This document shows positions 19,722-28,641 of a stretch of DNA of 64,000 nucleotides, piece after piece (position 1 is the stretch's first letter; each line of letters begins with the position of its first letter). Under the pieces are notes generated by a model, which saw nothing but the letters and a program-made list of their open reading frames with translations, ran no database searches and was not told where the DNA came from. Source of the DNA: Candidatus Cloacimonadales bacterium (GTDB lineage Bacteria > Cloacimonadota > Cloacimonadia > Cloacimonadales > JAIOQZ01); contig CAXXTU010000002.1 of NCBI GenBank assembly GCA_963662655.2, forward strand, positions 2,560,001 to 2,624,000. The letters are read 5' to 3'. A program made the translations under genes and the position numbers.

Positions 19722-20708
19722 TCAGGCTTTCTTCTGGCGGTTCGGATAAGTCTTGCTAAATGCTTTCTCGAGTAGTTCGCCAAGCTTTTTATTGCCTTCA
19801 ACGTTCAAATGCCCTGCGCCATTGAAGCAGTTCTTCGGCTGCAAAACACTTTCATCCGAATAAAAGTGGATTCCGTTCTCTTCGCAGAAATCTTCCAGCA
19901 TTTTATTTTCTCGCGCATCGTTATCAAACGAGACCAGAAGGAAGTCGTCGCCGAAATCGTGTTGAAATTGCAAGAGTGTGCTTTTCAACTCATCCGTAAA
20001 TTCGCTATTAACATCAATGTCGGTTGCCGGGACCTCTTCGATCTCCGTATCTTGTTCATCCTTCATATTTTTAAGGAGATTAAAGAAAATTGTCGCGGCA
20101 CTAGACACTTCGGTTGCCTTCTCAACAATAAATCGGATTTTTGAGAAGTGGTGAGGTTCCCCAAAACGTGGAGGCAACGAAAAATCAAGGGGTGTCTTAT
20201 AGCGGGAAAGCCATCCAGCTCTCATATTCTCGATAGCTAAAACTACTTTATCTGGAGAGCGATACAATTTTGTGAAGAGCTTCACTCTGAGATAAGCAAG
20301 ATAAGGATCGTGGCCCGATGCTCCGAGATTCAATACGGAAAAATGCTTATCCAAATTATTCAATTTTCTATCGAATATAGCTGCGGCTGTTTCCTCGCAT
20401 CGAACCTGATATGCTTCGATATATGATGAACCTGCGAGGAATATCAGATTAGAATCTTCAGAAAGGTCGGAGTCGGGGCCATGCACACCAATATTGTTAC
20501 GTCTGAATCGCCTGTAGCCTGCTTCGACATTGACATACACAGAGTTTGGTTTATATAGATACACCTTACTGGCGCCTGAAAGGCCTGGATAGAAAACAAC
20601 GGCCTTTCGCGGTCCCAATGTCGGATAACCAGCGACATATCGAATGAGTAGTTCAACCACCACAAAGGCAGTAACGATTCCCAGAATGACAATCAGCCCC
20701 TTTTTCAT
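19722..20708 (-). CDS. SGNH-like membrane-anchored protein B (chimeric)
   Basis: N-terminal TM, GSSYIE, LNLGASG, GHLN; ATG overlaps the MBOAT stop (ATGA). Confidence 0.8.
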   Translation of the reverse strand: MKKGLIVILGIVTAFVVVELLIRYVAGYPTLGPRKAVVFYPGLSGASKVYLYKPNSVYVNVEAGYRRFRRNNIGVHGPDSDLSEDSNLIFLAGSSYIEAYQVRCEETAAAIFDRKLNNLDKHFSVLNLGASGHDPYLAYLRVKLFTKLYRSPDKVVLAIENMRAGWLSRYKTPLDFSLPPRFGEPHHFSKIRFIVEKATEVSSAATIFFNLLKNMKDEQDTEIEEVPATDIDVNSEFTDELKSTLLQFQHDFGDDFLLVSFDNDARENKMLEDFCEENGIHFYSDESVLQPKNCFNGAGHLNVEGNKKLGELLEKAFSKTYPNRQKKA

Positions 20709-21832
20709 CTGAACCACATCCAGCCGATGGTAACGAAGGTGAAGGTTATCGCACCCATCAGTACCTGATAGCCCATCGTCTTCGGCGTCTTGATCTTACG
20801 CTTGCGTTTGTAATAAATCCAGAGCTGGTAGACCGCGATGCCTGCCCCGTGCCAGATGCCCCAGTACATGAAATGCCAGGCCGCCCCATGCCAGATGCCG
20901 CACGCAGCCATTGTGATAATGGGAACGCACACCAGCGACCAGATCACCTTACGGCTAACCCGGCTCAGCGGGAAGAAAAGGTAATCGCGAATCCATTCCG
21001 AAAGCGAGATGTGCCAGGTCGCCCAGAAACGGCTCATGTTGGTTCGGAAATAGGGATTGTTGAAGTTCTCCATGATTTTCAGGCCCAGGATTCTCGATGA
21101 GCCGATCGCGATATCCGAGTACCCGGCAAAGTCGGTGTAAATCTGGATGGAATAGCCCAGTAGCGCGAGCGCTCTCATCCAGAAGGAAGCGCTGTCCCAC
21201 CAGGGCTGTATGAAATAGCCGATCCAGTCGGCAATAACAAGCTTCTTGAAGAGGCCGAACACGATTCTCTGGAAGCCAATCCACACATTCTGCCAGCTCT
21301 GGTGATTTTCCTCAAGCTGGGGCTGGTAACGGGAAAAACGTTCAATGGGGCCGGCCACAAAGATTGTGAACAAGGAGCTGTAGCTCAGAAATTCCAGGAA
21401 GCTTCCGCGTTGGGCGATCTTCCAGTTGAGGTCGCTGAGGTAGCTGATATGCTTGAAGGTGAGGTATGATATTCCAAGGGGGAGCAGCAGGTTTTCGATA
21501 CGGAAATCGGGAAGGCTGGAGACAAACTGAGCCAGGTGACTCAGGGTTCCCGATAGAAGTCCGAGGTACTTGAACGCAATGAGCGCTCCGAGGATCCCGA
21601 TGATTCCGATTCGGAGGAATATCGCCTTCTTGTATCGATCCAGCAGCCAGGCGAACAGATAGGTCCATACGGTTATACAAAGCGTCACCACGGCGGCCGA
21701 GCGATCGAGATAAGCCACAAAGGCGAGGCTGGAAAGGCTCAGAAAGCCTACACGTATCTTACTCCAGGGAAGAATCCGATAAACGATCGCCACCAGAACA
21801 AGATACGCGAAAAAGGGAAGGCTGATAATCAT
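20705..21832 (-). CDS. MBOAT family O-acyltransferase, upstream copy
   Basis: Same protein as 18285-19412 except one K/Q difference. Confidence 0.92.
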   Translation of the reverse strand: MIISLPFFAYLVLVAIVYRILPWSKIRVGFLSLSSLAFVAYLDRSAAVVTLCITVWTYLFAWLLDRYKKAIFLRIGIIGILGALIAFKYLGLLSGTLSHLAQFVSSLPDFRIENLLLPLGISYLTFKHISYLSDLNWKIAQRGSFLEFLSYSSLFTIFVAGPIERFSRYQPQLEENHQSWQNVWIGFQRIVFGLFKKLVIADWIGYFIQPWWDSASFWMRALALLGYSIQIYTDFAGYSDIAIGSSRILGLKIMENFNNPYFRTNMSRFWATWHISLSEWIRDYLFFPLSRVSRKVIWSLVCVPIITMAACGIWHGAAWHFMYWGIWHGAGIAVYQLWIYYKRKRKIKTPKTMGYQVLMGAITFTFVTIGWMWFR

Positions 21833-21841
21833 ATTGGTTGA

Positions 21842-22072
21842 TTAATATCTTTCGATGATCTCGATCATCTGGCGTACCGTGTCGAACGATTCCGCGGTTA
21901 TTACCGGAGCGGGAATGCGTTTGCCAAACTCGGTCTCGATAAATTGCTGCAAGGAAACAAGGGAGAACGAATCGATCAGGCCGGACGAGATCAATTTCGT
22001 ATCCACGTCGATGACTACATCGTCTTCTTCCACAAACTCGTCGATTATGAATTCTATTAGCTTTTCTTGCAT
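21842..22072 (-). CDS. Acyl/aminoacyl carrier protein (DltC-like), upstream copy
   Basis: Identical translation to 19422-19652. Confidence 0.88.
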   Translation of the reverse strand: MQEKLIEFIIDEFVEEDDVVIDVDTKLISSGLIDSFSLVSLQQFIETEFGKRIPAPVITAESFDTVRQMIEIIERY

Positions 22073-22141
22073 GGTTGTCTCCTAGTATTTTTTGTTCCAA
22101 AAAGCCCGTCTGAGACCGAATTGTAAAGAAAATTCTCGACT

Positions 22142-23125
22142 TCAGGCTTTCTTCTGGCGGTTCGGATAAGTCTTGCTAAATGCTTTCTCGAGTAGTTCGC
22201 CAAGCTTTTTATTGCCTTCAACGTTCAAATGCCCTGCGCCATTGAAGCAGTTCTTCGGCTGCAAAACACTTTCATCCGAATAAAAGTGGATTCCGTTCTC
22301 TTCGCAGAAATCTTCCAGCATTTTATTTTCTCGCGCATCGTTATCAAACGAGACCAGAAGGAAGTCGTCGCCGAAGCTCTTATGAAACTGAAGAATCGAT
22401 TCCTTCATCGCTTCGGGGAATCCGGGGATTCGGGCAATTTCTTTTGGAGCGTTACTTTCACTTTTTCTTCGCAGAATCGTATGGAGCGCGCGAGTCATAA
22501 GGTTTGCCAAATGAGATTTTTGTCTGACAGCTTCTTCAATCTTCACAATCAATCCCGGAGTTGCTGGTTCACCGAAGTTTTGTGGAATCGTGAAATCAAG
22601 AGGAGTCTTATACGGAACCAGCCACTCGTTGAACAGGCTTTCCACCGGCAGTATTACCTTGTCGGGTTGATAAATTCTCGCCAGGAACATCGTTCGGTAC
22701 CAGGCAAGATATGGATCATGCTTTGCTGCTGCCGCATTGATAACCCGGTATTTTCCCGGATCACTATCTTCCAGAAGCTTGTGGAAAACCGCCGTGGCAA
22801 TTTCATCCTGCGGTATATGGTAAGCTTCAATGAACGATGATCCTGCGACCATGATCGTTTGCTTGTCAGCATCCAGATCCACATCGTTTCCCGGAAGTCC
22901 CAGGTTGTTGCGACGATAGACATGGTTTCCGCCTTCCACCGCCCAGAATTTCGAATATGGTTCATACAGGATCAAAAGACGATTTTTACTGATTGAAGGA
23001 ATGAATCTTCGACGCTCGCGTCGCGATATCACTGGATAACCGATAACAGAACATGCGACTAGTTCCCCCAAAACAAGGGCCGTCACCAGCGCAGCGGTAA
23101 CAATCATTACATTCTTCATCTTCAT
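22142..23125 (-). CDS. SGNH-like membrane-anchored protein A
   Basis: N-terminal TM, GSSFIE, GHLN; C-terminal ~77 aa identical to protein B. Confidence 0.8.
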   Translation of the reverse strand: MKMKNVMIVTAALVTALVLGELVACSVIGYPVISRRERRRFIPSISKNRLLILYEPYSKFWAVEGGNHVYRRNNLGLPGNDVDLDADKQTIMVAGSSFIEAYHIPQDEIATAVFHKLLEDSDPGKYRVINAAAAKHDPYLAWYRTMFLARIYQPDKVILPVESLFNEWLVPYKTPLDFTIPQNFGEPATPGLIVKIEEAVRQKSHLANLMTRALHTILRRKSESNAPKEIARIPGFPEAMKESILQFHKSFGDDFLLVSFDNDARENKMLEDFCEENGIHFYSDESVLQPKNCFNGAGHLNVEGNKKLGELLEKAFSKTYPNRQKKA

Positions 23126-23226
23126 ATCGTAATTATTCCATATTAGCTTCGTGTGGGATATTCATGCCCTGGCATTCAATAAACGCGAACCCTTTTATCA
23201 TGTAAAGCTTTTTCGGCTTTTCCCCC

Positions 23227-23403
23227 GACCCCGCTATCAATCGATGGCAACCTCCATCCCGCGCGCGGGGCGGCGTAGTAAGTCTTTTCAAGACTTACTG
23301 ACACGTTTTCCTTGCCGTGAGCGCTCACGGCAAAGAAAGCGTGCCGTTTGCCCTGCAAACACGCCGCCCCGGGCGCTGAGTCGGGCAAACCAATTCGAGG
23401 CTG
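23227..23403 (-). repeat. Structured intergenic element family A, copy 1
   Basis: Outer stem CGGGGCGGCGT / ACGCCGCCCCG enclosing hairpins at 23277-23299, 23302-23343 and 23346-23360 (GTTTGC-N3-GCAAAC); inverted relative to copies 2 and 3. Confidence 0.85.
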
Positions 23404-24198
23404 TCAAGTGTTTCGCAGGATAATCTTATGGAAGCGGCGCGTCAGGAACACGATCATGATGGTCGCGGCGATCATGAGCGACGACAGTGCGTTGATCGTG
23501 GTAATGGTTCCTCTGCGAATGCCGCCTTCCACGTATATGGGCAGCGTCGTGAAACCTCGCCCCGTGGTGAAGAAGGTGATGATGAAATCGTCGATGGAGA
23601 GGGTGAATGCCAATAGCGCGGCGGCGATAATCCCCGGCATCATCATCGGCAGCTTGATCTTGAAGAACGTCTGCCACGGGTTCGCACCTAAATCCATGGA
23701 CGCTTCCAGCAGGGAACTGTCAAATCCGTCCAGCCGCGACCGGATAACGATCACCGCATACGACAGACAGAACGTTACGTGAGCGATCAGGACAGTGAAC
23801 AGTCCCGTTTTCACGCGCAGGAAGCTGTAGAACATAGCCATGGAAACACCCATGAGAATGTCAGGCATGATAAGCGGAATGAACACCAGCACCGTTAGCA
23901 GTTTCCTGCCCTTGAACCGGAGATTCTCAAGGGCCAGCGCGCCAAGCGTACCGAGCACGGTGGAAATAATCGTGGAAAGGAACGCAATCAGCATCGTGTT
24001 GCGGAACGCAATCCGTATATTCTCGTTTTGCACGAGATCGATGTAATACTTGAACGTGAAGCCCTTCCAGCCTGCAACGATCTTCGAATCATTGAAACTG
24101 TATATGATCATGATCAGTATCGGGATGTATAGAAAAATCACCGCGAACGTGAATATCGTCAGGTTCATGCCCTTGTAAAACTTCTTGCTGTTTTTCAT
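23404..24198 (-). CDS. potC: Spermidine/putrescine ABC transporter permease
   Basis: FLYIPI...YSFN, EASMDLGA (EAA loop), FTLSIDDF. Confidence 0.88.
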   Translation of the reverse strand: MKNSKKFYKGMNLTIFTFAVIFLYIPILIMIIYSFNDSKIVAGWKGFTFKYYIDLVQNENIRIAFRNTMLIAFLSTIISTVLGTLGALALENLRFKGRKLLTVLVFIPLIMPDILMGVSMAMFYSFLRVKTGLFTVLIAHVTFCLSYAVIVIRSRLDGFDSSLLEASMDLGANPWQTFFKIKLPMMMPGIIAAALLAFTLSIDDFIITFFTTGRGFTTLPIYVEGGIRRGTITTINALSSLMIAATIMIVFLTRRFHKIILRNT

Positions 24199-25073
24199 TG
24201 GCGGCTCCTCTCCCGCTTGTATCTGCGAGTCAAAAAGAATAGAATCACACTCACCAAAACCAGAAGAACGAGCGATAGCGCGGATGCGACCGGCCAGTTA
24301 CGTGGTATGTTCTTGATTTTGTACGTGATGATCTGTCCAATGAACAGGGAGTTCTGATGCCCCACCAAGTGAGGGATGATGTAGGTTCCCAGCGCGGGAA
24401 TGAATACGAGGATGATGCCGGAGAATATCCCCTCTTTCGAAAGGGGAAGCGTAACCTTGAAGAAGGAAAGAACCTCGTTCGCACCCAAATCCTTCGCCGC
24501 ATCGAGAAGGGTGAAATCCATCTTCTCGATTGCGCTGTAGAGCGGAAAAATCATATAAGGCAAATAGACGTATACCGTTACGAGGATGACCGCGAAATCC
24601 GTACGAAGCAGCCTCAAAGGCTGGTCGATCATGTTCAGGAACAACAATAGCTCGTTGAGTACCCCGTTCGTGGAGAGGAACACCCTCCAGGAGAAGATGC
24701 GAATGATGAAGTTTGTCCAGAACGGAATGATGATGAGCAGCAGAAACGTGTTTTTAAATCTCGCGGAGCTCCTGGCGATGTAATACGCCACCGGATACCC
24801 GAGCAACAGGCACAGGAGCGTTGTCCAGAACGCCAGCCGGAACGCCAGCATGAACGGTCTCAAATACGTTGGACTGAACACCTGCCGGAACGCCTCCAGC
24901 GAGAATTGAAATTTCACATCGTAAATCGTTGTCGTCAGGAAGCTGTACAGAACGATGATAAAATACGGCACCAGGAAAAAGATGACCAGCCATGAAATGA
25001 CCGGCGCCGAAAGAATCCAGCTATGCGTATTCTTTTTCTTGTGAATTCGGACTTCCGTAGGTGTTCCAGCCAT
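24195..25073 (-). CDS. potB: Spermidine/putrescine ABC transporter permease
   Basis: GYPVAYY, IPFWTNFIIR, YLPYM, DAAKDLGA. Confidence 0.88.
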   Translation of the reverse strand: MAGTPTEVRIHKKKNTHSWILSAPVISWLVIFFLVPYFIIVLYSFLTTTIYDVKFQFSLEAFRQVFSPTYLRPFMLAFRLAFWTTLLCLLLGYPVAYYIARSSARFKNTFLLLIIIPFWTNFIIRIFSWRVFLSTNGVLNELLLFLNMIDQPLRLLRTDFAVILVTVYVYLPYMIFPLYSAIEKMDFTLLDAAKDLGANEVLSFFKVTLPLSKEGIFSGIILVFIPALGTYIIPHLVGHQNSLFIGQIITYKIKNIPRNWPVASALSLVLLVLVSVILFFLTRRYKRERSRQ

Positions 25074-26260
25074 TAGTCTCGCCTGTTCTCCGGATTGCTC
25101 TGGTCGAGGATATTGAGATCCTCCTTGCGGTAGTCCCCTTCCACCTCTTCGATGATGTGCGTATCGGTGTCATGCCAGTAAAGGTAAACTTCCTCATCCC
25201 AGTCGAGGGCTTTATCGTCGAAATAAACGCGTTTATGCTGATTGAACACCCGGAACCTGAGATCGTCCACACGCACGATGTACTGCGTGTGCGTTCCGAG
25301 GTAAAGGATGTCCTCGATAATCCCCGAAAGAACATTGAAGTCGTCCTGATCCTCCGGTTTTGTCCGGGAAATGGCGATCTTCTCCGGTCTGAGCGACACC
25401 GTTATATTCTGCCCAATCTCGGGGACGCGCTGGAAGGTGCTGTCGAACTCGAACCCCTCTCCCGTTTCGGTTTCATATCGCAGATCGACGTAATTATCCT
25501 CGATGCCCAGAACCTTCGCGGGGATCATGTTGGTATCGCCAATGAAGTAGGCGGAAAAAATCGAATTGGGACGTTCATAGATATCGTCTGGAGGGCCTTC
25601 CTGGATAATCTGCCCTCTATTCATCACCGCGATCCGGTCGGAGATACTCATCGCCTCGTCCTGATTGTGGGTAACGTAGATGAATGTAATACCCACCGCG
25701 TCGTGGATGTTCATGAGTTCGATGAGCATGTGCTGACGCAGCTTGAGGTCCAGCGCGGCAAGCGGTTCATCGAGAAGAAGCACCTCGGGGCGGTTGACCA
25801 GCGCTCTTGCGATGGCGATTCGTTGTTTCTGGCCCCCACTGAGCTGACGGGGATATTTTGCGTGCTGGTCTTCCATCTTGACCAGCTTCAGCATTTCCAT
25901 AACGCGGTCCTCGATTTCGTTCTTCCGGATTTTCTGAATGCGGAGTCCGAACGCGGTATTGTCGAAAACGGTCATGTGTGGGAATAGCGAGTAGTTCTGG
26001 AAGATCGTGTTGACCTTACGCTTGTATGCAGGGACTTCCGTGACGTCCTGTCCCGAAATGAAGATACGTCCCTGGGAAGGCACTTCGAATCCGGCTATCA
26101 TTCGCAGAAGCGTGGTTTTTCCACAGCCGCTGGGGCCGAGAAAGGAGTAAAGCTCTCCCTGCTCGATTTTCATGTTTACGTTGTCAACAGCCATCAATTG
26201 CTCAAACGCCTTGCTGAGATTCTCCAAACGTATCGCTTCCAATACTTTTCTCCTATTCAC
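25073..26260 (-). CDS. potA: Spermidine/putrescine ABC transporter ATPase
   Basis: GPSGCGKTT, LSGGQKQR, LLLDEP, TOBE tail. Confidence 0.9.
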   Translation of the reverse strand: MNRRKVLEAIRLENLSKAFEQLMAVDNVNMKIEQGELYSFLGPSGCGKTTLLRMIAGFEVPSQGRIFISGQDVTEVPAYKRKVNTIFQNYSLFPHMTVFDNTAFGLRIQKIRKNEIEDRVMEMLKLVKMEDQHAKYPRQLSGGQKQRIAIARALVNRPEVLLLDEPLAALDLKLRQHMLIELMNIHDAVGITFIYVTHNQDEAMSISDRIAVMNRGQIIQEGPPDDIYERPNSIFSAYFIGDTNMIPAKVLGIEDNYVDLRYETETGEGFEFDSTFQRVPEIGQNITVSLRPEKIAISRTKPEDQDDFNVLSGIIEDILYLGTHTQYIVRVDDLRFRVFNQHKRVYFDDKALDWDEEVYLYWHDTDTHIIEEVEGDYRKEDLNILDQSNPENRRD

Positions 26261-26353
26261 ATCATTGAAAACACGTGCGCAAAAGAAATGAACCGTCCAT
26301 TTTTACGCAATTCTTTTTTCAAACGATTTACCACGACAGAGGATGCTTAAAAC

Positions 26354-26395
26354 TGCAAAACCCCTCGACGGTTCTGCACGCCGAAGGGTTTTGCA
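26354..26395 (-). terminator. Probable terminator hairpin
   Basis: TGCAAAACCC...GGGTTTTGCA just downstream of the 26417-27580 gene. Confidence 0.6.
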
Positions 26396-26416
26396 TGAAA
26401 ATGGTACTCGGGGTCG

Positions 26417-27580
26417 TTAACGTATGTCTTCACCGCGATCTACGTAATCAATTGTGTTGATGGGTACAATCTGGTTCGTCTGGTCAATCTTGAAGACGTG
26501 CCAGACCGTCCCTTTCTTATTGGCCGGAACCTCAAAAGAGCCCATCAGCTTGTTATCGCCATACACCTGAACGCGTGCTCCGCTCGCTGAGAGTCGCCGG
26601 TTCCGGGAGGAATGACGATTGGAATAATCGTGAACAGCATAGTAGTAATCGCCCTTTGCCGGCTTGTAGATCGTGATGGTCTCCGGGCCATAGCTCGAGG
26701 TATCGTCGCGATCCAGGAAATCCTTCCCTCCGATCAGCATCTTGTGCCGGTACCAGATATGGAAATCTCCGCCGTCGGGATTCGGGCCCGAGAGATGGGC
26801 ATCCAGATCACGGGGACGAGATCCCCACGTCAGAACGATGCGGATGTTTTTGATTTCAGGGGTCATCGCGCATACAACTTCTCTCGGATTCTCGTCGAAA
26901 CCCATGTTGACGTTGAAGCTGCACGGTATGAAGCCATGTTTCTGAAACTGGAGCGTGTAATCTCCCGTTTCAACATCGGCCATGTAGATGCCTGCTTCAA
27001 CTTCCTTCAATTCGATGAGCTGATTGTCTGCGGATGTCGCTGCAACCTTCACATCCGGCAGGGGTTCTCCGGTAACGGCATGAACCGCCTGCGCGAGAAT
27101 GATCCGGTTCTTCGGAAAATATCGCAGCTCGGTATCAACCTCGCCTTCCGACACATCTAGTGTGAAGACCTTGCATACCATGCCGTACGAATCGGGGACT
27201 TCTATCGTCTTCACCGGAAAACCGTCTTTGTAAACCACGACTTTCGGATTGGCCCGTGCGATGAGCTCCATATCGGCGTTGATGTCCTGATCGCCGAACT
27301 TATCGCGTATCCAGAACGTGAAGAATCCATACTCGGACTCGATTACAAATTTCTGGCTGGCGTCCATGTCGCTTTCCTCGCCGATAGACTTGATCTTGCC
27401 ATCGAGCGCTGATTCCTTTGCAACGCCCTGCACAAATCCGTTTTCTTCGCCAATGGTTCCGCTCAAAACTCCGTTGAGGTCGCCTTCAAACTCGTCCCAG
27501 AGGAGCTCAACCTTCCAGGTTGCGCCATACAGCGCGAATACAAGAAGCATAACTGTTAGCAAGGCAATGTATTTCTTCAT
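26417..27580 (-). CDS. Exported protein with carboxypeptidase-regulatory-like and YfaP/DUF2135-like domains
   Basis: Signal peptide; IVLTW...DLDAHL..P, LDRDDTSSYGPETITI. Confidence 0.7.
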   Translation of the reverse strand: MKKYIALLTVMLLVFALYGATWKVELLWDEFEGDLNGVLSGTIGEENGFVQGVAKESALDGKIKSIGEESDMDASQKFVIESEYGFFTFWIRDKFGDQDINADMELIARANPKVVVYKDGFPVKTIEVPDSYGMVCKVFTLDVSEGEVDTELRYFPKNRIILAQAVHAVTGEPLPDVKVAATSADNQLIELKEVEAGIYMADVETGDYTLQFQKHGFIPCSFNVNMGFDENPREVVCAMTPEIKNIRIVLTWGSRPRDLDAHLSGPNPDGGDFHIWYRHKMLIGGKDFLDRDDTSSYGPETITIYKPAKGDYYYAVHDYSNRHSSRNRRLSASGARVQVYGDNKLMGSFEVPANKKGTVWHVFKIDQTNQIVPINTIDYVDRGEDIR

Positions 27581-27634
27581 AAGGCCCCCATTTATAAAAT
27601 AATCATCTGCAATTCGCTTCAATGTCAAGCTTTT

Positions 27635-28405
27635 TTAAGGTTTTACAGCCACATCAATTTCCGCAACAAGCAATCCATCCGTTAACAGAGGTTTCTGTGC
27701 AACCACCTTCCCATCCTTGTCAACTGCCCACGCTCCGCCGCAGTACCGGCTTCCGCCTTGATCTACATCAGACAGCAGGTTAACAGCAAGAACAGGTGAG
27801 TTTAAGCGCTGCCATCGTTCAAGATAGAACGGTAACTCCTCAACATCCCATTGATCCTGCAAGCCTTCATGATCCTTTATTGCCCTGGCAAATGGATAGA
27901 GAAATAGACCCGGCTTTACAGCATTGACCCGTTCGATCAGGCCGTCATCGAAAAGGTCTCCGCATATCAGAATGCCAATACGACCAAACGATGTGTCCAC
28001 AAACACTTCTTCATTTCCGCACCGGTAGACATTTGCAGGAAATACGGGATTATACCAGCCAGAACTTTGCCTGCGATAATGCAGAACATCGTTTCCGCCT
28101 TTATCGACGAGAAGATAGCTATCGTAAATAGACGATTCATCCCGCTCGATAAAGCCGAAGCCGACATAGATATCATGCACCTTCGCCAAGCTGCGAATCG
28201 CGACGATCTCATCATCTTCAATACTGTGCGCTTTCACGTAATCTTGCTCGGGAATCCCATTGATATCGAGTCCGGTGAGGCAAGTCTCCGGAAAGAGAAC
28301 CATATCGCATTCCCTGCCAGCAGCAATCGAAACACATCGCTCGATGCTTCGAAGCGTTGCACCGATTTCCTCTTCAAGCTTGAACACACACAGCGCTGTT
28401 TTCAT
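27635..28405 (-). CDS. Carbon-nitrogen hydrolase (nitrilase superfamily)
   Basis: VLFPE, GRIGILICGD. Confidence 0.85.
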   Translation of the reverse strand: MKTALCVFKLEEEIGATLRSIERCVSIAAGRECDMVLFPETCLTGLDINGIPEQDYVKAHSIEDDEIVAIRSLAKVHDIYVGFGFIERDESSIYDSYLLVDKGGNDVLHYRRQSSGWYNPVFPANVYRCGNEEVFVDTSFGRIGILICGDLFDDGLIERVNAVKPGLFLYPFARAIKDHEGLQDQWDVEELPFYLERWQRLNSPVLAVNLLSDVDQGGSRYCGGAWAVDKDGKVVAQKPLLTDGLLVAEIDVAVKP

Positions 28406-28450
28406 CCTACTCCTCACTCATGATCGAAATGCAGCTAGCTCAACGATAAT

Positions 28451-28620
28451 CAGTCTCGAATTCGCCCTTCCGACTCCGCGGCGGCGGCGTGTTTGCTTCG
28501 CAAACGACTCCCTTCCGATGCTGTTTTGGGTTTAACAGCATCGGAAGGGAGTCAGGAAGCCTTAGGCTTCCAACGCCGCCGCCGCGGGAGCGAGCTCGTC
28601 CCACCTCGAACAGCGGGATC
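28451..28620 (+). repeat. Structured intergenic element family A, copy 2
   Basis: Outer stem 28477-28490 / 28573-28586; hairpins at 28491-28505, 28506-28553 and 28555-28571. Confidence 0.85.
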
Positions 28621-28641
28621 ACTGGAGCAACAGGCATCTAT

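Larger units (their letters stand above)
18229..19955. repeat. ~1.7 kb direct repeat, copy 1 (SGNH 3' end + ACP + MBOAT + SGNH 5' end)
   Basis: Near-identical to 20649-22375 at a constant offset of 2420, only a handful of substitutions seen. Confidence 0.95.
20649..22375. repeat. ~1.7 kb direct repeat, copy 2
   Basis: Matches 18229-19955; identity ends at ...GAAGTCGTCGCCGAA. Confidence 0.95.

Noticed and set aside
17321..23125. Diversity-generating retroelement, shufflon or integron as the cause of the SGNH variation
   Set aside because: No reverse transcriptase, recombinase or integrase in the window, the repeats are direct, and no attC-like sites or adenine-specific variation were seen.
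28440..28637. Small ORFs overlapping the structured elements (also 23151-23423, 32655-32843, 39682-39974, 59133-59434)
   Set aside because: They are by-products of GC-rich palindromes with no recognisable protein features.
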